This document shows, one piece after another, positions 21,080 through 30,077 of a stretch of DNA of 64,000 nucleotides. Positions within the stretch are counted from its first letter, which is position 1. Each line of letters opens with the position of its first letter. Origin of the DNA: a virus; the IMG/VR virus record IMGVR_UViG_3300017917_003893, positions 79,337 through 143,336 of that record, one strand, 5' to 3'. Position numbers and translations under genes: made by a program. Under the pieces are notes generated by a model. That model was not told the origin of the DNA. It searched no databases and saw nothing but the letters and a program-made list of their open reading frames with translations.

Positions 21080-22048
21080 ATGGCTAAAAAAGTTAGAGAT
21101 GAAGACGAATTTGATGATTTAGATAATGAACTTGATGATGAGTTAAATGACGATGTTTTATCTGATGATGACTCTGATGAAGATGATTCTATATCTGATG
21201 ATGAGATTAACATATCTGATGATGATGATAATTTAGATATTATCATTGAAATTGACGAGGACGACCTTGATATAATAGAACCTAATTCTGATTCTGAATC
21301 AAAACCTGAAGAATCTGAGTCTGATGGTGTTATTCTTTCTAAACATAAAATAGAAGGAAAACACTCATTAAAATATGACTCTATCTTTAAGGGTAAAAAA
21401 GAAGACCCTTTAGATGAAGAAGAAGGAACTACAATTGATATGTATCAAAAAGATACTATCGAGGTTGATAGATCATCTAATTACTATTTTGAATCAATTG
21501 ATAATGAAAAGTATATTAGATCAAAACAAGTAAAAGAAAAAGTTTATGAAGTTTTATCAGAAAACACAACAATTAACTTCTTAAACAATCGTAGAAAGCC
21601 TTCAAGGTCAGATTTTAATCAATATTATAATATTTTAAAGTCTAATCTTCAAACAGAAAGTTTTACGAATGTTGAACTTTTTAATGAACTGGCGGTTTAC
21701 TTTTCTGATAACTTATTCAACATGTTTAAGCTTCTTGATAAGAAGTGGAGAAATCTAATAATTCTTGAGTTACAAGATCATATTGGTAAAAACACAAATT
21801 CAAAAGAAATAACAAATAGAAATATCTATGAAGGTACAGAAGTTGAATTTGAATGGGAAGATGATTTTACTGAACATAAAATTTTTATAACAGGTGATGT
21901 TGTTGAAGTTGATTATGAAAATTCAACTTTTAAAGTTAACTCATATGAGAGAATTTATGATGTTGAGATAACAATGATAACTAAAATTCTCAATAACACT
22001 AAGTTCAAATATAATTTAAATAAACTTAATAATATAGATTTTCTATAA
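21080..22048 (+). CDS. Hypothetical protein with very acidic N-terminus
   Basis: D/E-rich first ~80 aa. Confidence 0.7.
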   Translation: MAKKVRDEDEFDDLDNELDDELNDDVLSDDDSDEDDSISDDEINISDDDDNLDIIIEIDEDDLDIIEPNSDSESKPEESESDGVILSKHKIEGKHSLKYDSIFKGKKEDPLDEEEGTTIDMYQKDTIEVDRSSNYYFESIDNEKYIRSKQVKEKVYEVLSENTTINFLNNRRKPSRSDFNQYYNILKSNLQTESFTNVELFNELAVYFSDNLFNMFKLLDKKWRNLIILELQDHIGKNTNSKEITNRNIYEGTEVEFEWEDDFTEHKIFITGDVVEVDYENSTFKVNSYERIYDVEITMITKILNNTKFKYNLNKLNNIDFL

Positions 22049-22147
22049 TTTTTTTGAGTGCTATAAAAAACTCAAAAAAAAACAAAATGTGAACTTTTAA
22101 ATAAAAAAACAGTCGGATATATAAAAGACAAAAAAAATTAAAAAAGT

Positions 22148-24694
22148 ATGAATATAAAAGTAATAAAGAGAAACGGCAAGAAAGAACCAGTAATGTTGGA
22201 TAAAATTTTAGACAGGATTACACAACAAACTTATGGCTTAGATAAACTAATTATTCCTTTTGAAGTTGCTCAGAAAGTAATCGAAGGTATTACTCCTGAT
22301 ATCAAGACTTCAACATTGGATCAATTAGCAATGGAAACAGCGGCATCATTGGCTACAAAACACCCAGACTATTCGATATTAGCTGCTAGATTAGCAATTA
22401 CGAATTTACATAAAGAAACTAAAAAGAGTTTTTCAGAGACTGTTGAGGATTTATATAAATATATCGATCCTAAAACAAGTAAACACTCACCTATTGTTTC
22501 AGAGAACTTCCGTAATTTAGTTAAAAAATACGCTGATGAGTTAGATTCAGCAATCGTACATTCTCGTGACCATAACTTTGACTATTTTGGTTTTAAAACG
22601 TTAGAGAAATCTTACTTATTAAAGATTAATGGTAAAGTAGCAGAACGTCCTCAGTATATGTACATGAGAACCGCTATTCAAGTATGGGGTGATAACTTAG
22701 AAAAAGTTATTGAAACATATAATTCTTTATCAGAGGGATATTATACTCACGCAACTCCTACCTTATTTAACTCAGGTACAACAAGACCTCAATTGTCATC
22801 TTGTTTCTTGTTAGATTTAGAATCTGACTCTATTGAAGGTATTTTTAATACACTTAAAGAGTCTGCTCAAATTTCTAAGAACGCTGGTGGTATTGGTATT
22901 GCTTTTACTAAAGTTAGAGCAAAAGGCACATACATTGCTGGTACAAATGGTACTTCAAATGGTATTATTCCTTTCTTAAAGATTTATAATGAAACTGCCA
23001 GAGCCGTTGACCAAGGTGGTGGTAAACGTAAAGGTTCAATTGCTATCTATATGGAGCCTTGGCATTCTGATATTATGGAGTTCTTAGACCTTCGTAAAAA
23101 CCAAGGTAAAGATGAGGTTCGTGCTCGTGACTTATTCTTAGCTATGTGGATGAATGACTTATTCATGGAAAGAGTTGAGTTAGACGAAGATTGGACTTTA
23201 ATGTGTCCTCATGAATGTTCTGGTTTAACAGAAACTTATGGTGAAGAGTTTAGAGAACTTTACACTAGATATGAAAGAGAAGGTAAAGGTAAGAAAACTT
23301 TAAAAGCTCGTGAAGTTTGGAATAAAATTCTTGAGTCTCAGATTGAGACAGGTACTCCTTACATTCTTTACAAAGATTCAATTAATGAAAAATCAAATCA
23401 ATCAAATATTGGTGTGATTCGTTCATCTAACCTTTGTGCTGAAATTGTTGAAGCTACAGGTGTTACTAAGACACAAGCTGAAATTCTTCAGAATAAAGAA
23501 TTACTTGAAAAGTTAGGATTAAGTGAGTTTTATGGTGAGGAATCTGTAAATGAAACAGCTGTTTGTAACTTGGCTTCAATTGCGCTTCCTAAATTTGTAA
23601 ATAAGAATAAGACTTATAACTTTAATAAGTTATATGAAGTTGCTTATCAAGCCACTATCAACTTAAACAATGTAATTGATGTTAACTTCTATCCTTCTCC
23701 TGCTGCTAAGTTTTCTAACTTATTACACAGACCAATTGGTTTAGGTGTTCAAGGTTTGGCTGATGTATTCTTTATGCTAGGATTACCGTATGAGTCAGAT
23801 GAGGCTAAGTCAATAAACAAAGAAATTTTTGAGACTATTTACTATGCTTCTATTAAGGCTTCTTGTGATTTAGCAAAAACAGATGGTTCTTATGCTACAT
23901 ATCAAGGTTCTCCTATTTCTCAAGGTAAGTTTCAGTTTGATTTATGGGGTGTTACTCCAACTAAGAGATGGGATTGGGATAAATTAAGAGAAGATGTTAA
24001 GAAACATGGTGTTAGAAACTCTTTAACAACTTGTATTATGCCTACGGCTTCAACAGCCTCTATTTTAGGTAACGAGGCATCTTGTGAAGCACAAACATCA
24101 AATATGTATACTCGTTCAGTATTATCTGGTACATTTATCCTAGTTAATAAATATCTTGTTAAGGAGTTAGTTAAATTAGGTATTTGGAATGATACTATTA
24201 GAAAGAAGATTATTACTGAAAATGGTTCTGTTCAAAACATTCCTGAGATTCCAACAAATCTTAAAGAAATATTCAAGACAGTTTATGAAATTAAACAAAG
24301 AGATGTTATTGATATGGCGGCTGATAGAGGTGCTTTCATTGACCAAACACAGTCTATGAATATCTTTATGGATTCACCTAACTTTGCTAAGTTAACAGCT
24401 ATGCATTTTTATGGATGGGGTCGTAGAAACTTTATTATGAACTCAGATGGAACTCCAAATATTCCACAAGGTGAAAACATTGAAATTATTTACGATAAAG
24501 ATGGTAAGCCAAGATGTTATCGTGATAAGAGATTCAATCTTAAAACAGGAATCTATTATTTAAGAAATAAGGGTGCCGCTGATGCTGTTAAGTTCACAAT
24601 TCAAGAAGAACAAAAGAAATCTGTTGAAGAACAAATGGCTGAAATTAGCTGTTCACTTGATAATCCAGATGACTGCTTAGCTTGTGGATCATAA
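22148..24694 (+). CDS. nrdA: Ribonucleoside-diphosphate reductase class Ia alpha subunit
   Basis: ATP cone VIKRNG, ATPTLFN, SSCFL, SNLCAE, PTAS, C-terminal CLAC. Confidence 0.97.
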   Translation: MNIKVIKRNGKKEPVMLDKILDRITQQTYGLDKLIIPFEVAQKVIEGITPDIKTSTLDQLAMETAASLATKHPDYSILAARLAITNLHKETKKSFSETVEDLYKYIDPKTSKHSPIVSENFRNLVKKYADELDSAIVHSRDHNFDYFGFKTLEKSYLLKINGKVAERPQYMYMRTAIQVWGDNLEKVIETYNSLSEGYYTHATPTLFNSGTTRPQLSSCFLLDLESDSIEGIFNTLKESAQISKNAGGIGIAFTKVRAKGTYIAGTNGTSNGIIPFLKIYNETARAVDQGGGKRKGSIAIYMEPWHSDIMEFLDLRKNQGKDEVRARDLFLAMWMNDLFMERVELDEDWTLMCPHECSGLTETYGEEFRELYTRYEREGKGKKTLKAREVWNKILESQIETGTPYILYKDSINEKSNQSNIGVIRSSNLCAEIVEATGVTKTQAEILQNKELLEKLGLSEFYGEESVNETAVCNLASIALPKFVNKNKTYNFNKLYEVAYQATINLNNVIDVNFYPSPAAKFSNLLHRPIGLGVQGLADVFFMLGLPYESDEAKSINKEIFETIYYASIKASCDLAKTDGSYATYQGSPISQGKFQFDLWGVTPTKRWDWDKLREDVKKHGVRNSLTTCIMPTASTASILGNEASCEAQTSNMYTRSVLSGTFILVNKYLVKELVKLGIWNDTIRKKIITENGSVQNIPEIPTNLKEIFKTVYEIKQRDVIDMAADRGAFIDQTQSMNIFMDSPNFAKLTAMHFYGWGRRNFIMNSDGTPNIPQGENIEIIYDKDGKPRCYRDKRFNLKTGIYYLRNKGAADAVKFTIQEEQKKSVEEQMAEISCSLDNPDDCLACGS

Positions 24695-24717
24695 GATTAA
24701 ATAAAACAAATTAAATT

Positions 24718-24745
24718 AAAAGGGAGATGAACATCTCCCTTTTTT
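24718..24745 (+). terminator. Intrinsic terminator after nrdA
   Basis: agggagatg-aa-catctccct followed by T run. Confidence 0.8.
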
Positions 24746-24772
24746 GTTATATAATAAAAAAGATTTTTTAAT

Positions 24773-25417
24773 ATGAATAAAATTGAAATAGAAGGTAAAT
24801 TAAATAAATCTTGGGTTAATAGTCTATTAGCTGAGGGTTATACAACATATGATATTGTATCAAACTATGAAATAGATGAAGATGTTATTTTAGAGTGTTA
24901 TGAGTTTTTAGATAAAAATGTAATAATACAAGGTCTTAATTTATCAGAAGATTTTATAAACAAGTCTATTGAAATACAATATTTAGACTTAGAAGATATA
25001 AAGGAACTAAGTATGTCTACTTATGCTAATTTGTCTCCGGAATTTATATCTAAATATAAAGAGTATATCAACTGGAATAGAATGATTCTCTACATTTCAA
25101 CTCAGTCAAATTCATTTGATGAATATGTTGAGGTTATTAATGATAAAGACTTATGGCAAGTTATTAGTGCTAATGATTTACCATTAGAGTTTATAAGAGA
25201 ATATAAAGATAAATTAGATTGGTCTTATTTATCAATGGTTAAGTGTTTTACAGATGAGGAAAAAGAAGAGTTTGGTGATTATATTCTTACACCTGTACAA
25301 AAAGAAATAAGCGATGAGTCATTTATTAATCAAGATGATTTAAAATTCTCAGATAAGATGACTGATGAAGAGTTAGAAGATTTAATTAATGAAATCTCAA
25401 AACATATAGGAAAGTAA
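24773..25417 (+). CDS. Hypothetical protein with Trp-containing repeats (LSxEFIxxYKDxxxW)
   Basis: LSPEFISKYKEYINW and LPLEFIREYKDKLDW. Confidence 0.65.
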   Translation: MNKIEIEGKLNKSWVNSLLAEGYTTYDIVSNYEIDEDVILECYEFLDKNVIIQGLNLSEDFINKSIEIQYLDLEDIKELSMSTYANLSPEFISKYKEYINWNRMILYISTQSNSFDEYVEVINDKDLWQVISANDLPLEFIREYKDKLDWSYLSMVKCFTDEEKEEFGDYILTPVQKEISDESFINQDDLKFSDKMTDEELEDLINEISKHIGK

Positions 25418-25418
25418 A

Positions 25419-25577
25419 ATGTCAAATTATCAATTAAAAATTTTAGAAAAGTTAGATGATGAGGATTGGAATTATCCAAGCGTGGTAAAGGTTGTAATGA
25501 AACCTAAATCTGCTATAAACAATCCACCTTTGAAAAAAACGAAATTTTCGAGGTTGATATATACTGAACAAAAATAA
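25419..25577 (+). CDS. Possible small protein (52 aa)
   Basis: ATG 1 nt after upstream stop; MSNYQLKILEKLDDEDW... Confidence 0.35.
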   Translation: MSNYQLKILEKLDDEDWNYPSVVKVVMKPKSAINNPPLKKTKFSRLIYTEQK

Positions 25578-25613
25578 TTAAAAATATTTTTTACAAGATT
25601 TAAAACTTTTTCA

Positions 25614-25621
25614 TATCTTTG
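25614..25621 (+). promoter_or_regulatory. TAnnTTTG promoter driving the ncRNA/Ro60 locus
   Basis: TATCTTTG ~27 nt upstream of the first structured RNA. Confidence 0.65.
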
Positions 25622-25647
25622 TATAAAATAAAAACAAATAAAAAAAC

Positions 25648-25712
25648 CCAGTAGCGAATTGAAGTGTTACTTCGTATGGATTGAAAAAACACACTTTAAT
25701 GATTTACTCTGG
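25648..25712 (+). ncRNA. Y-RNA-like ncRNA 1 (minimal putative Ro60-binding module)
   Basis: ccag/ctgg stem; TAGCGA/GATTTACT internal loop; 10-bp attgaagtgt/acactttaat stem; TACTTCG; same architecture as the next element; upstream of Ro60. Confidence 0.75.
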
Positions 25713-25730
25713 TCAATATATAGGCTAAAC

Positions 25731-25996
25731 CGCAAGCATAGCGATAGTTTGAGATACTTCGATAAATATCAATTAAACTATGACAGCCAAAGTGCCGAGC
25801 TAACAGCAAAGCTACCTTTCAATCTCCAATTGGCTGATTGATAAAAAGGTGAAAAAGTTCGAAAAGTACCTCGTAAAGGGCTAAGGAATTCAGAAACTTC
25901 CTTTAAATAAAGAACTGAGTGAGATAGTCACTTCAACCATCGGCAAAGTTTCGGGAGAATTCTTTGTAACGCTTAGGCTAAATTTTCTTGCTTGCG
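25731..25996 (+). ncRNA. Y-RNA-like ncRNA 2 (same module plus ~210-nt structured domain)
   Basis: cgcaagca/tgcttgcg stem; TAGCGA/AATTTTCT loop; tagtttgag/cttaggcta stem; TACTTCG; many internal helices. Confidence 0.8.
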
Positions 25997-26008
25997 ATTA
26001 ACATATAT

Positions 26009-26048
26009 GACCAGATTAACTTTACTGTTAGTCTGGTCTTTTTTTTTT
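26009..26048 (+). terminator. Strong intrinsic terminator (possible attenuator) between the ncRNAs and Ro60
   Basis: gaccagattaac-tttact-gttagtctggtc followed by T10. Confidence 0.85.
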
Positions 26049-26058
26049 GAACAAACTC

Positions 26059-26129
26059 GGACAAGCTCGTGTATCTCGAAAGAGTGAACGGTTTCTAGAG
26101 CCAAGGTGGTATCCCACGAGCCTCTGTCC
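26059..26129 (+). ncRNA. Structured RNA element in the Ro60 leader
   Basis: ggaca/tgtcc and gctcgtg/cacgagc stems enclosing ctc-GAAA-gag and ggttt/gagcc hairpins; GC-rich in AT-rich background. Confidence 0.55.
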
Positions 26130-26164
26130 CTTAAATAGAAATTAATAAAAATTAAAACGATATT

Positions 26165-27616
26165 ATGTCAAAATTTAACACAACAATGCCAAAGGCAAAA
26201 ACTCTTACTGAAAACCTAGCAGGTGGTCAAGCTTACTCTCAATCAAATGAGTTAGCTTTAGTTTCTCTTCTTTTAACATCTTTTGTTAATGATCAGTTCT
26301 ATAGGAATGCTCAAACGACTCTTGATGAATTGAGAAGCCTTATCACTAAGGTTAAAGATAAAGAATTTGTTGCTAAGGCGGCTATATTTGCTCGTGACCG
26401 TTTTGGTATGAGAAGTATTACTCATGCTCTTGCTGGTGAATTAACTTCACAACTATCGGGTGCGGAGTGGGGTAAAAACTTCTACGACAAAGTAGTTGTT
26501 CGTGTTGATGATATGACTGAAATCATGTCATACTACTTGGCTTATAAGACATCTAAAGATAGTCCTAAGTTTCCAAACTCTTTGAAGAAGGGTTTTGCTA
26601 AGGCTTTTGATAAGTTTGATGGTTATCAACTTGCTAAGTACAAAGGTGATAACAAAGAAGTTAAACTTGTTGACCTTGTTAACATTGTTCACCCAGTTCC
26701 AACTGAAAGAAACAAATCTGCTCTTGAGTCACTTGTTAAAGGTGAACTAAAGAACACTCAAACTTGGGAAGCTAAACTTTCACAAGCAGGGCAAATGGCT
26801 GAATCTGAAGAAGATTTGGCTCAACTGAAGGCTGATGCTTGGCAAGAACTTATCTCTACAAGAAAGATTGGTTACTTTGCTCTTCTTAGAAACTTGAGAA
26901 ATATCATCACTCAATCACCATCTGCTGTTAAGTCAGCATGTGAGTTGTTAGTTGATGAGAGAATGATTAAGAATTCAAGAGTTCTTCCATTCCGTTTCTC
27001 AACTGCATATGAAGAAATCTCTAAGTTAGGTTCTTCTAAAGAAGTTCGTGATGTTCTTGTTGCTATTAACCAAGCATTGGATATCTCAGTATGTAACGTT
27101 CCTAAGTTTGACGGTGAAACACTTGTTGTTATGGACGTTTCTGGTTCAATGAGTGGTAAACCATCTGAGATTGCTTCTTTGTTTGGTGCTATTTTAGCTA
27201 AAGTTAATAACTGTGATGTTATGACTTTCTCTACTGATGCTCAATATAAGCAATACAATCCAATGGATTCAGTGTTGACTATTAGAGGTTCTTTTAGATA
27301 CTCTGGTGGTGGTACAAACTTTAAGTCTATCTTTCAGAAGGCTAACAAAAAGTATGACAGAGTAATTATCTTGTCAGATATGCAAGGTTGGATGGGGTAC
27401 ACTACACCATCTTCTGAGTTTGCTCAGTACAAAAAGAAATACAATGCTAATCCATTTGTATATTCTTGGGACCTTGCTGGATTGGGTACTTTACAGTTCC
27501 CAGAACAAAATGTCTTTGCTTTGGCTGGCTTCAGTGATAAAGTATTTGACATCATGAAAATGATGGAGTTAGACAAGAAGGCTCTTTACAATGAGATTAA
27601 AGCTATACAGCTTTAA
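26165..27616 (+). CDS. Ro60/Rsr-like TROVE + vWA RNA-binding protein
   Basis: NLAGGQAY, YQLAKY, TWE, ALLRNLRNI, SRVLPFRF; MIDAS DVSGSM; GGT; ILSDMQ. Confidence 0.93.
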   Translation: MSKFNTTMPKAKTLTENLAGGQAYSQSNELALVSLLLTSFVNDQFYRNAQTTLDELRSLITKVKDKEFVAKAAIFARDRFGMRSITHALAGELTSQLSGAEWGKNFYDKVVVRVDDMTEIMSYYLAYKTSKDSPKFPNSLKKGFAKAFDKFDGYQLAKYKGDNKEVKLVDLVNIVHPVPTERNKSALESLVKGELKNTQTWEAKLSQAGQMAESEEDLAQLKADAWQELISTRKIGYFALLRNLRNIITQSPSAVKSACELLVDERMIKNSRVLPFRFSTAYEEISKLGSSKEVRDVLVAINQALDISVCNVPKFDGETLVVMDVSGSMSGKPSEIASLFGAILAKVNNCDVMTFSTDAQYKQYNPMDSVLTIRGSFRYSGGGTNFKSIFQKANKKYDRVIILSDMQGWMGYTTPSSEFAQYKKKYNANPFVYSWDLAGLGTLQFPEQNVFALAGFSDKVFDIMKMMELDKKALYNEIKAIQL

Positions 27617-27618
27617 TT

Positions 27619-27648
27619 AAAAAACCCACTTAATGAGTGGGTTTTTTT
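27619..27648. terminator. Bidirectional intrinsic terminator
   Basis: aaaacccact-taatg-agtgggtttt. Confidence 0.8.
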
Positions 27649-28483
27649 ATTTCTTAAATGAGTTATTTCTTAGTATCATTTTAGTATGAGTTGGATGACT
27701 TAGTATTATATTAAAGTCTTTCTTAACTTCATTTCTTAAATATGGTAGAACAAAGTTGTCTTCATATAATATTGAGTACGAACCAGGTATCTTAGATTTT
27801 AATGTTTCAAGTGTTATTGGTAAATAGTTTTCATTAACTTCTCTTTCCCAGTTGTCTGTGTATTTATACTTTAATAAAAAATGTACAAAGCTTCTGTAGT
27901 CTGAGTTTATACTACCCCATACTTCTTCAAATGAAGTTAGGCTTTTCGTATCAGCCATTCTTCTTAATTTTTTAGCATCTTCTTTGAAGTTATTTATTTC
28001 ATTTCTAGTTAGAGTAACTGACGGTATCATATCTCTTATTGTAATATATTTGAATTTTCCACCAAATACTTGTTGATTCCAAAACTTACTAACAACTAAT
28101 GAACTTGAATATGAGTAAACTTCATGTATTACAGAGCTTAGATTAAGTAGAGGATTTTTATATCCTGATATTTCTTTTAACACTTCATTCCAATCGTCTG
28201 TTAGAACTGCATTACTAGGTAGTTTTCCTCTAGCAATTTCAAGCATTTTTGAATCTAAGTCATAACCTATAATTTTAACATTTGGTCTCACACTTGAAAC
28301 ACTCTTTAAGAATGTTCCGTCAGCACATCCAAAATCAACTATAACATCAAATTTAAATTCATTTACAAAGAATAGCTTATCAGACATAGTTGTATTCATG
28401 TCTGATATGTATTGATCGTAATTTGATATTGGATTTTCTCCTACTAGTTCTTCTAGAAATAGTTGCCAAGATAGTATTCTCAT
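27647..28483 (-). CDS. Class I SAM-dependent methyltransferase
   Basis: VDFGCADG, IGYD, SSVIHE. Confidence 0.8.
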   Translation of the reverse strand: MRILSWQLFLEELVGENPISNYDQYISDMNTTMSDKLFFVNEFKFDVIVDFGCADGTFLKSVSSVRPNVKIIGYDLDSKMLEIARGKLPSNAVLTDDWNEVLKEISGYKNPLLNLSSVIHEVYSYSSSLVVSKFWNQQVFGGKFKYITIRDMIPSVTLTRNEINNFKEDAKKLRRMADTKSLTSFEEVWGSINSDYRSFVHFLLKYKYTDNWEREVNENYLPITLETLKSKIPGSYSILYEDNFVLPYLRNEVKKDFNIILSHPTHTKMILRNNSFKK

Positions 28484-28499
28484 AGACTTATATATTAAA

Positions 28500-29270
28500 T
28501 TATTTCCAGATTTTTTCTAAATCAATTTTAGATGTTATTTCTATAACTTTGTTTCCTGTTTTAAGAGAATATTTTTGAATAGGTTGAAATAGTTTTACAA
28601 TTTTTTTAATTTTTTTACTATCTTCTATATCTATATCTTCGTTAAAAATTTGAATTAAGTTTTCTATTTCATTAAAAGTTATACTTCTTTTATTGCCTAA
28701 AAAGAATATAAAATCATAACTATAATCGTTGTATTTGATTGCATCATGTTCATCTGATTTACTTATTAAATAGTTAGTTATGCAGTTCTCAACACCAATT
28801 GATGGTAAACTAAACTTAAATCCATCTATTGTAAATTCTTTTTTAGATTCATTATAGTTTTTTTTCATCTCTTCATTTATAATAAAATAGTTAAAATAAT
28901 TAGATGAGAATTCAATTGCATTTTCTTTACCGATTTCATCATCAAAATATGTCAAACTTACAGCTTTTCCTTTTGTAAATCTTACAATCTCTAAAAATAA
29001 AAATACAACATCTATACTTTTTAAATCATTGAATTCATAACCCTTTGAGAATATAGAGTTTTTTTCAACTACCTTTTTTAGTTTATTGATTATTGAACCT
29101 AAATCATCTTTAATATAATCATGTTCATATTCTATTATATCTTCTATATTGGCTTTTTTTATTGTAATTTCAAAATCATCATTGTAAAAAAGTCCTTGCG
29201 ATGGTAAAGATTTAACATCAACTACCTTTTGAAGATTTAATAACCCTTTTAATAAATTTACTAAGCTCAT
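28500..29270 (-). CDS. Putative baseplate hub / gp26-like structural protein
   Basis: LPSQGLFY motif typical of T4 gp26-like proteins; late box upstream. Confidence 0.5.
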   Translation of the reverse strand: MSLVNLLKGLLNLQKVVDVKSLPSQGLFYNDDFEITIKKANIEDIIEYEHDYIKDDLGSIINKLKKVVEKNSIFSKGYEFNDLKSIDVVFLFLEIVRFTKGKAVSLTYFDDEIGKENAIEFSSNYFNYFIINEEMKKNYNESKKEFTIDGFKFSLPSIGVENCITNYLISKSDEHDAIKYNDYSYDFIFFLGNKRSITFNEIENLIQIFNEDIDIEDSKKIKKIVKLFQPIQKYSLKTGNKVIEITSKIDLEKIWK

Positions 29271-29335
29271 TTTCTTGGTTATATTTTATGTATATATTAT
29301 TTATATGAAGGTCATGTTGTCTAATATATACTTTG

Positions 29336-30061
29336 ATGATTTTACAAGGTGATTGTTTTGAATTAATTAAAAATATTGATAGTAAGTCAATAGACTTAAT
29401 TTTAGTAGATCCACCTTATCTTATTTCTAGAGATTCTAACTTTGACAAATATTCAGGTGATACCTCAAAGGAAATGGTGACCAAGTATGGTGGTATTTCT
29501 ATAGATTTTGGTGATTGGGATAAATCAGAATTAAATTGGGATTTTTTATTTAAACAATATAATAGAATTTTAAAAGATGGTGGTACATTAATTATATTCT
29601 ATGATATATGGAAGTCAAACGAAATTAAGTTAATGGCTGATAAGTATAAGTTCAAACAACCTAGAGTTTGTCAGTGGCAAAAAACAAATCCTGTTCCAAT
29701 AAATTCAAAAGTTAATTATTTATCAAATGCTATTGAGTATTTTTTTACTTTTGTTAAAGGTAAGAAACCAACATTTCACTCAGTTTATGATAATGGTGTT
29801 TATAAATATCCAATTTGTCACGGTAAAGAAAGATATGAGCATCCTACTCAAAAACCACTTCAATTAATTTTAGATATTGTAAATAAACATTCTAATAAAG
29901 GTGATGTTGTTTTAGATAATTTTGCAGGAACTGGAACTACAGCACACGCTTGTATTTTATCCGAAAGAAATTACATAGTTATAGAAAAAGATGAAAAATA
30001 TTTTAATATTTTGAAGTCTAGAATAGAATCAACAACATTAGAAATAAATAATATAAAATAA
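29336..30061 (+). CDS. Orphan DNA N6-adenine/N4-cytosine methyltransferase (beta class)
   Basis: DPPY, HPTQKP, DNFAGTGTT. Confidence 0.9.
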   Translation: MILQGDCFELIKNIDSKSIDLILVDPPYLISRDSNFDKYSGDTSKEMVTKYGGISIDFGDWDKSELNWDFLFKQYNRILKDGGTLIIFYDIWKSNEIKLMADKYKFKQPRVCQWQKTNPVPINSKVNYLSNAIEYFFTFVKGKKPTFHSVYDNGVYKYPICHGKERYEHPTQKPLQLILDIVNKHSNKGDVVLDNFAGTGTTAHACILSERNYIVIEKDEKYFNILKSRIESTTLEINNIK

Positions 30062-30077
30062 AAAATAAACAATAAAA

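Noticed and set aside
22148-24694. Intein or intron in nrdA (short insertions after NLCAE and near the C-terminus)
   Set aside because: Insertions are only ~30-40 aa, in frame, with no intein splice motifs
25659-25841. 60-aa ORF across the Y-like RNAs
   Set aside because: TTG start, no recognisable protein features; the region is better explained by base-paired RNA structure
25762-25970. Group I intron in RNA2 (ggcta/tagtc could mimic P7; gagatagtc resembles the S element)
   Set aside because: No room for P4-P6 or P8 in the required order; alternative local hairpins explain these segments
26090-26102. Amber-suppressor tRNA (ttCTAga loop)
   Set aside because: Only a 3-bp stem around the 7-nt loop and no cloverleaf; genes read intact in the standard code
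29336-30061. Restriction-modification system
   Set aside because: No adjacent restriction endonuclease; treated as an orphan protective methyltransferase
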